Shown: in pieces, positions 57,652 through 64,000 of the stretch
How the letters are laid out: every line of letters begins with the position of its first letter
Position numbering within the stretch: the first letter of the stretch is position 1
NCBI GenBank assembly: GCA_963804955.1
Contig: CAWDSQ010000032.1
Coordinates: forward strand, 32,001-96,000
Direction of reading: 5' to 3'
From: an uncultured delta proteobacterium
GTDB lineage: Bacteria; Desulfobacterota; WTBG01; CAIYCZ01; CAIRTM01
DNA: 64,000 bases
Made by a program: the position numbers and the translations under genes
The notes under the pieces: model-generated
Seen by the model: the letters and a program-made list of their open reading frames with translations, nothing else
Databases searched by the model: none
Told to the model about the DNA's origin: nothing

Positions 57652-57754
57652 AACCAGTTTCCTGTTTATATGAAGTGTTATTAATTTAACTGTAATTAGC
57701 TGAAATGTCAAAACATTTTCAATCACTGCAGCTGCAGAACCGAAACGGGCTGTT

Positions 57755-57791
57755 CAAAAAACAGGGTCCATTGCCTGAACCCTGTTTTTTA
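57755..57791. terminator. Terminator-like hairpin upstream of trpD
   Basis: aaaaaacagggt...accctgttttttt. Confidence 0.55.
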
Positions 57792-57956
57792 GCTGGCTTC
57801 GAATGCAGGAATACTCTATCAGCCGACAGGCCCGTCGCAAGCATCAGGCGACGGCAAACCGAATGTTTATATGAATCTGTACGGAATGGGGATGGGGCAG
57901 AGAGCATTTTTCTAAATACTGTACTTCATAAAAATCACCTATCAAAATGCAGGCTC

Positions 57957-58056
57957 TATCCGTTCGCTTTGAATCCTGTGCGTGACGAAGGGGCAATGGC
58001 CGAATGGTCGAAAGTCAGCTTTCCGTTCACGATTCGACAAGCTCACCACGAACGGA
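57957..58056. repeat. REP-like palindromic repeat, copy 2
   Basis: tatccgttcg...gacgaaggg ... ttcgacaagctcaccacgaacgga. Confidence 0.65.
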
Positions 58057-58104
58057 CTTACCATGCATGTACAATACGGCCACAAAATAAAAAAAACGCT
58101 CTAC

Positions 58105-58282
58105 GTACAGCGCCACATAAAAAATGGGGCCATATTTTTTATGTACACAAAAAAAACATGCCTTTTTTATCCCCCTTCGAAAAAGGGGGCTACAGGGGGA
58201 TTTTTTGTATTCTGCATAAATCCCCCTGACCCTCTTTACTAAAGGGGGAATTTTTTGCCCGCCCTTTTGTGTGGAGCTGTAC
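58105..58282. mobile_element. MITE-like element with internal poly-C/poly-G palindromes
   Basis: Ends gtacagcgccacataaaa / ttttgtgtggagctgtac (16/18 inverted match); internal tcccccttcgaaaaaggggg..gggggattt and aaatccccc..ctctttactaaaggggga. Confidence 0.6.
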
Positions 58283-58454
58283 TGAGTTAAAAAAAGCGTG
58301 TTTGAGTTGCCTTCTTGAGGACCCATCGCCATGGGCAATGGGTTTCGAAAGACAATAAATGAGGACACAAGGCGGTAGATAGAGAAGGTAAAACCCTTTT
58401 CTTACTTAACGGCAATCTTTCCTGCCAACATGCAAACGGTGCTGGTTGGAGTTG

Positions 58455-58634
58455 TCAGGACAGGGCAAGAACACTACAGCCGGGCCCCCTGTTACACTTC
58501 TTTTTACTGAATGGGCCTGCAGCGCCTGCATTTTTGCAAACAGTTAGCACCGCCTCCTCCGGGTTGCTGCGCACCAGCACAATCAGTTCCGGCTTCTGCC
58601 ACGGTTTTTTATGATTCAGGCTTGTTTTATCCAT
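58455..58634 (-). CDS. Putative RiPP precursor peptide, 59 aa
   Basis: G-rich RBS; leader 'KKPWQKPELIVLVRSNPEEAVL' then Cys/Gly-rich core 'TVCKNAGAAGPFSKKKCNRGPGCSVLALS'. Confidence 0.65.
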   Translation of the reverse strand: MDKTSLNHKKPWQKPELIVLVRSNPEEAVLTVCKNAGAAGPFSKKKCNRGPGCSVLALS

Positions 58635-58804
58635 ATCGCCCCCGTTTTTCCGGTTTTGCTGGAATAACCCAACCTCCAGAATACGTACTTTCCGTTCCGC
58701 CGCTACATGCAAAACCTGGATTCCGGCATCGGCCGGCTTGACGAACAAGAAACCTTGCCGGACTTTTTGTACGCTCTGTTGTTTCGGCCAATGGCAAAAA
58801 AATT

Positions 58805-60923
58805 TCAGTTAGGGTGTTGATCCGAGCAGTGTATAAACTGATCAACATAAAGTAAAACTTTTTTCAACTCAGCAGCAAACAGCGCGGCATGCTGTTCAAC
58901 TGCAGCGCTGTCGCCAGCCTTTATGGCAGCTTCCAGCCCGGCGGCTATCTCCTGGAGACCCTCGGCACCTATCTGCGCGCTCATCCCCTTGGCCGTATGC
59001 GCCTCACGCCGGGCTGTATCACTATCACCCTGCCGGAAGTGCTCAACGATGGCTTCAGGTGCAGGAATATTTTTTTTATATATTTTTAATATTTTAATAT
59101 ACAGATCAAGATTGCCGTCAATACGGCCTAAGGCAGAGGCTGAATTAATTCCATGCGGTAGAGTCATCTCAGGACCTTTCATTGCTGTGGATAGCGCGTT
59201 GATCCGCGCCGCGTCCTCTGACGGCTCCCGGTGCTGCTGCACCAGCCGGGCAAGCACGGCAAGCATATCAAAGGCATTAATCGGCTTTGTAAGATGATCA
59301 TCCATGCCGGCATCAATGCTCATGGCATACTCATGCCGCATGGCATGCGCCGTCATGGCTATAATGGGAAGTCGTTTTTTCCGGTTCACCTTTATTTCCC
59401 ACTCCCGCATGCTCATGGTTGCCGTGTAGCCGTCCATAAGGGGCATTTGAACATCCATCAGCACAGCGTCAAAGTGAGCCTCTTTCATTGCCGCAAGCGC
59501 CTCGATCCCATTGGCGGCATAGCTGACCAGAACGCCTGCTCCCGTCAGTATCTCTCCGGCCACCAGACGGTTCAGTTCATTGTCCTCGACAACAAGAACA
59601 CGGGCGCCTCTCAGTACAGCAGCCGGAACCTGCGGCGCCGCGGTCTGCTGCGGCGGCGCTGCTCCGTGCGCGTTCAGCCCCAGAGCATTTTGTACGGCGG
59701 TAAACAGCATTGCCAGGGTAAAGGGCTTTTCAAGCAACTCCGGCAACCCTCAACTCCCCGGCTGCGGATTTCATGTCATCATAGCCATATCCGGTTATCA
59801 TAAGTATCCGCGGACAGGCTGCGCCGCCATGGCTCCTGATCTTTTCAGCAAGTTCAAGGCCGTCCATGCCGGGCATTTTCCAATCAAGTATGGCAAGATC
59901 ATACCATGCATTTTCAGGAGCGCCAGCGAGTTTTTCCATACAGGCAGCGCCGGAGTCTACGGTGTCGACCATGAGGCCCATGATTTCAAGCATATTCCCG
60001 ACGACCTCCCGAACCGTTTCACTGTCATCGGCCACAAGCACCCGCCTGCCCCGCAATCCGGTATCCGGCTGCGTAAGGCCTCTATCGTCTGCAGCGCTCA
60101 GCCCGAACCGTATGGTAAACTGAAAAACGCTTCCCCTGCCCGGTTCGCTCTCAACGGTAAGTTGCCCGCCCATAAGTTCAACCAGGCGCTTGCTGATAGC
60201 AAGTCCGAGCCCCGTACCCCCGAACTGGCGCGTCATGGTGCTGTCGGCCTGTGTAAAAGGTTCAAACAGCCTTTTTTGATCTTCATCATGTATGCCGATT
60301 CCCGTATCCTTCACAGCAAAGCACAGTTCAACAGACGACTCATCTTCATGCACGGGATACACCGAGATAATAACGTCACCCTTCATGGTGAATTTCAGCG
60401 CATTGCCGGCCAGGTTTACCAGAACCTGCTGCAGCCGGACCGGATCGCCATTGAGAACATGCGGAGTTGTAAAACTCACATCAAACAAGAGCTCAATATT
60501 TTTCTCCTGTGCCCTGATCGCAAGAATGCTGGTGATGTTATCAAAAACCGATGCCAGGGTAAAAGAGCTCCTGTGGAGTTCAAGCTTGCCCGCTTCAATT
60601 TTTGAAAAATCAAGTATGTCGTTAATAATAGTCAGCAGAGACTGGGCGGATTTGTCAAGTTTATGCAAATAGTCCTTTTGCCGCGGCGTCAGAGCTGTCT
60701 GCTGTGCAAGATGCGAAAGTCCGATAATGGCATTCATGGGGGTGCGTATTTCATGGCTCATATTGGCAAGAAATTCGCTCTTGGCTGCATTGGCACGCTC
60801 AGCCTGAAGCGCCATCTCCCGGGCATACACCGTTGCCTCCTGAAGGGTACGGTTCATCTGCCTGAGTTCTTCTTCAGCATGCCGGCGTACGCTAATCTCC
60901 TGTATCAGATCTTTGGTTCGCAT
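58805..60923 (-). CDS. Hybrid histidine kinase HisKA-HATPase-REC-REC-Hpt (frameshift near 59740; no sensor domain seen)
   Basis: '[14 protein letters not shown]', 'GGTGLGL', 'LDWKMP', 'MDVQMP', Hpt '[13 protein letters not shown]'. Confidence 0.92.
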
Positions 60924-61205
60924 ATCATGATATCCTCCAAGCGACGTTCGTACAGTTCAACGCTGAGACATAATCAGCCTTTGCCGTGCAGCCTTTTCTG
61001 GCTGCGCCCGTAATAAATCACACCGGTCCGTACAAACAGGGCTTCCATGGACAGGATGCACTGCAGCAGTGCCGGGCGCTTGCGCAGCTGATAGCGCAGC
61101 GTCATAATTCTGTTGAGAATAACATGATTCATCCTGTTGCGAGTTTCTCTGATATCCATATCAGCCGCCTTTTCCACTGCCGGACAGCAGCATGCCCACA
61201 GAATC

Positions 61206-61436
61206 TTAATGGCGCGTCGGGGTTCGCTGCTTTGCATTCAGAACGAACTTTTTATACCCCTCGGTATACAGCTTTTCCGCACAGCCGGGACAAATGCCCT
61301 GCGTAAAGTGGGCCTCCGGGTGTTCATGTATATATTTTTCAACATTCTGCCAGTAACCATCATCATTGCGGATTTTCTTGCACGACGAACAGGCCGGCAG
61401 CAGGCCTTTCACTGGTAATATGCTTTCAATGGGCAT
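61206..61436 (-). CDS. Small Cys/His domain protein of the type usually fused to signalling proteins
   Basis: 'LLPACSSCKKIRNDDGYWQNVEKYI...FTQGICPGC'. Confidence 0.75.
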   Translation of the reverse strand: MPIESILPVKGLLPACSSCKKIRNDDGYWQNVEKYIHEHPEAHFTQGICPGCAEKLYTEGYKKFVLNAKQRTPTRH

Positions 61437-61475
61437 CTGAAGTTCCTCTAATGAATTTCTTTACTTATTTTATTT

Positions 61476-61490
61476 ACAACTAACATGCCA
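61476..61490 (-). promoter_or_regulatory. Possible sigma54 (-24/-12) promoter
   Basis: TGGCATGTTAGTTGT (GT instead of GC at -12) next to a very AT-rich tract. Confidence 0.3.
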
Positions 61491-61769
61491 ATGTGAAATA
61501 AAAAAATAATTAAATTAATTATAACTTTTTTTAGTATTAAATATTATTTTTTAAAATTTAAAAACCCAAAAAAAGTATGACGCTAGTGAATGATACACAA
61601 TAGAACTGTACATTAGTGTAACAATTCATGGAGACTTATGTTTACTAAACTGCAGGCAAAGACGGAATCAATGGGGTTATTTATGAGGGCATATTTTGCG
61701 GAGGCTATCCCGGGGGCTTCAATTACACATTAGAGCATGTAACATTTTTTTATAGCCGCTACATAAAGA

Positions 61770-61873
61770 CGTTCGTGGTGAGTCCTGAGCCTGACGAAAG
61801 GTCGAACCATGAACGTCTTGTATTGCAGACATGTATCCGTTCCACCCTTCGACTGGCTCAGGACGAACGGATA
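61770..61873. repeat. REP-like palindromic repeat, copy 3 (opposite orientation)
   Basis: cgttcgtggtgag...gtcgaaccatgaacg ... cccttcgactggctcaggacgaacggata. Confidence 0.7.
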
Positions 61874-62236
61874 AAGGGTTCGTTGTAAAATATTTATGCA
61901 GGCTACATGATCAGACTCAAAGATTTCCCGCTGCGCTTCGAAATAACAATTCGCCTATTGAATTTAGAAAAAATTCCACTATCAGCCGTATTCGGGATCA
62001 GCATGCCGTATCATTGAATCAAAAGGCAGGGTGGATTTGCCGCAGGAAGAGTCTGATGATTGTATCTAATGCCCCCTCTTCCAAAGTGTGTCGTGCAAGC
62101 AAGGCAGGATTCGGCTTAAGATGACAGGTTCGAGGCAGGCGCATAAACCTGCTGGCCGAAAAAAAAACTCGAAGCGTTTACGGCAAGGGGGGTGGCAATC
62201 TATCTGTACTGCACAGCCTCCTGATGAGGGATTGCA

Positions 62237-62455
62237 TCATGTCTTTGTTTTTCGAAGCTCTTTGGCGTTGTCTATTGTTTCAAATTTTTTGCGAAGATTC
62301 TCAATATCCTTATCTATGACCTTTCTGTCAAAATCACGGTCAAGCTTTTTATAGCTTTTGTAGAGAGGCAGAAAAATTTTAGTAAAAACAGGGTCTTCGA
62401 AAAAAGCCGGGTCTCCTTGCCGATTATTGTTTTCCATCACTGTTTCTCCTCGCAA
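62237..62455 (-). CDS. Small highly charged hypothetical protein
   Basis: GAGGAG RBS before the internal MENNN start; helical-looking K/D/E-rich sequence. Confidence 0.5.
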   Translation of the reverse strand: MRGETVMENNNRQGDPAFFEDPVFTKIFLPLYKSYKKLDRDFDRKVIDKDIENLRKKFETIDNAKELRKTKT

Positions 62456-62543
62456 TCATGATACATTCAAAATCCGCCGTCACCGTAAGCTTCAAGTCAG
62501 ATCACGGCTGCTGTCTGCAGGAACGGCTCAGGTGCCTGAGCTG

Positions 62544-63572
62544 TCATGAACTGCAGGCAATGCTGCGATACACCTTTTCATATTTATCAATCTCTTGCAA
62601 CTCAGAAAAAGTCGCCGCCGATTGCCGGGCAGCAGCGCTCAAAGCCTGCCTGTAGCCTGCATCGGCGGCAAGCCGGCAGGCTGCATCAATAAAAGAGTCC
62701 CGCGATGCAAGTGATGCCAGCAGGCCCGTTCTGCCCTGCTGGACAAGCGCCCGGTTGCCCGGCGCATCGCTTGCCAGCACCGGCAGCCCCTCTGCCATGG
62801 CTTCAAGCATAGCGCCGGCCATCCCCTCATGCAGCGAAACATTTACAAAAATATCGGCTGCTGCCATAAGATCGCGCACCGCATCATGAGCGAGTTCACC
62901 AATATAGGAAAAACCCTCTACAGCCCTGCCCTTTTCAAAAATGCGTGATGCTTCAGCCTTGTCGATAACCGGCCCGGCAAGCAGCAGCCGGGCGGCGGGG
63001 CAGCGCTTGCGCACTGCGGCAAAAAAATCAAGGGCAAAACAGATATTTTTTACCGGCCGCAGGCCGGCGGCCATAAAAAAAAGAATCTCGCCGCCGGCAA
63101 TACCATAGCGCTGCCGCACTGCGGACCGATCTGCGTTAGTATCCCTCAGATCTATTCCCTGGGCAATGACAAACAGCTTATCGGCAGCCTCAACAAAATG
63201 TTCAGCCACCCAGGCCCTGGCTTCCTCATGAAAAACGACAATGGCTCCGGCAGCGGTAAACTGCCGTGCCAGCATCCCGTATTCGGCGCCATATTCCTGC
63301 GGGCTGTTATAATCCGTGCCCGTCAGGGTCATAACCCACGGGGTGGATATCCGGCTGAAAAGCTCTTCAAGCCATCGGGCGGGCTTAATGGCATGCAGGC
63401 TGTGCACGATATCAGGAGAAAAGCCTGCGGCGCTTTCTACGGTAGCAGCCTCGATCCCGCACAGAAGCACCTCGTGGCCTCGCGAGACAAGCCCCTGCCG
63501 CAGGCGCTCTGCCAGCAGGCTGTTGCCGCAGGAAAAGGGAAAGGTGTGGGGGGTGACAAGTGCTATACGCAT
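62544..63572 (-). CDS. GT4 glycosyltransferase resembling the SenB / GPMC-system clade
   Basis: 'VTP...GN...ERL', 'HSLHA', 'TLTGTD', 'AGLRPVKN', 'LAGPVID', 'SLHEGMAGAMLEAM', 'GN'. Confidence 0.8.
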   Translation of the reverse strand: MRIALVTPHTFPFSCGNSLLAERLRQGLVSRGHEVLLCGIEAATVESAAGFSPDIVHSLHAIKPARWLEELFSRISTPWVMTLTGTDYNSPQEYGAEYGMLARQFTAAGAIVVFHEEARAWVAEHFVEAADKLFVIAQGIDLRDTNADRSAVRQRYGIAGGEILFFMAAGLRPVKNICFALDFFAAVRKRCPAARLLLAGPVIDKAEASRIFEKGRAVEGFSYIGELAHDAVRDLMAAADIFVNVSLHEGMAGAMLEAMAEGLPVLASDAPGNRALVQQGRTGLLASLASRDSFIDAACRLAADAGYRQALSAAARQSAATFSELQEIDKYEKVYRSIACSS

Positions 63573-64000
63573 GGTAAATCGCTGAAAGAAATTAATGAAA
63601 TAGTGTTGTTCCTGACTGCCTTCAGTACAGCATCAGCAGTCAGTGCTGCCAGCTCGAGCTCCCGCTCGGCTGTTGAAAAAGCATTGTGCCTGTCGGCATA
63701 GCCCGGATGACACATAAGCTCCGTGGTTCCGGCCGGCAGGCGGACGAGAAACCGGGCAAGTGACTGCGCGCTGCGCATATCGGGCACCTGCAGGCCGGCA
63801 CAGCGGTCGGGGAAGCACAGCCCGGCGGATGCGGAAAACAGCGCGGGAACGCAGCGCCAGCAGACTGATAAAAATTTTTTTTACAACACCCCGCCCGGCC
63901 TGCCGCAGAGACCACCAGCAGCGGTTCCCGGGGCAGGCGGATGCGCCTGATGCCGCAGCGCTGTGCCGCGCGGGCAGCCGCTTGTGCAATGCCGGGAAAA
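63563..64000 (-). CDS. ChbG/HpnK (YdjC) family deacetylase, C-terminal part (frameshifted, truncated by window)
   Basis: 'TELMCHPGY', 'RELELAALT', 'ISLISFSDL'. Confidence 0.8.

Noticed and set aside
57660..57910. Possible trp attenuator or T-box upstream of trpD
   Set aside because: A hairpin is present, but I found no Trp-codon leader peptide or T-box motif.

Overview
This 64 kb window reads as chromosomal DNA from an anaerobic Gram-negative bacterium, probably Desulfobacterota/Deltaproteobacteria (inferred from gene content and order). Many clearly conserved genes (uvrA, rpsA, guaAB, aroA, trpBCD, glgA) are broken by single-base frameshifts, most likely long-read consensus errors. In order, the window holds an ABC-exported, probably methyl-capped surface polysaccharide cluster (wzm, wzt, methyltransferase, gmd, four GT4s), glgA, a transglutaminase+ABC module, ihfB/PLD/yacG, an AIR-synthase-like protein, a SPOR protein, a UbiA phosphoribosyltransferase+SMR pair, uvrA, an unannotated histone H1-like protein and pheA-tyrA-aroA-cmk-rpsA-sppA. 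An accessory block at ~34.2-45.7 kb follows, then hpt, era, mlaEFDC, guaBA, trpDCBA, an orphan RiPP-like precursor, a hybrid kinase, and a SenB/GPMC-like glycosyltransferase with a ChbG/YdjC deacetylase. The best candidate for an undescribed system is the 34.2-45.7 kb block. It pairs a YCF48/RND/DUF1302/DUF1329 uptake module, through a symmetric bidirectional promoter, with a GGR-family FAD reductase, an exported HemG-type flavodoxin protein and a membrane-anchored protein with the ferredoxin-dependent bilin reductase fold. No rRNA, tRNA, CRISPR array or transposase was seen, but several small palindromic or MITE-like elements are present. Family assignments come from motif recognition, not database searches, and ends of frameshifted genes are approximate.
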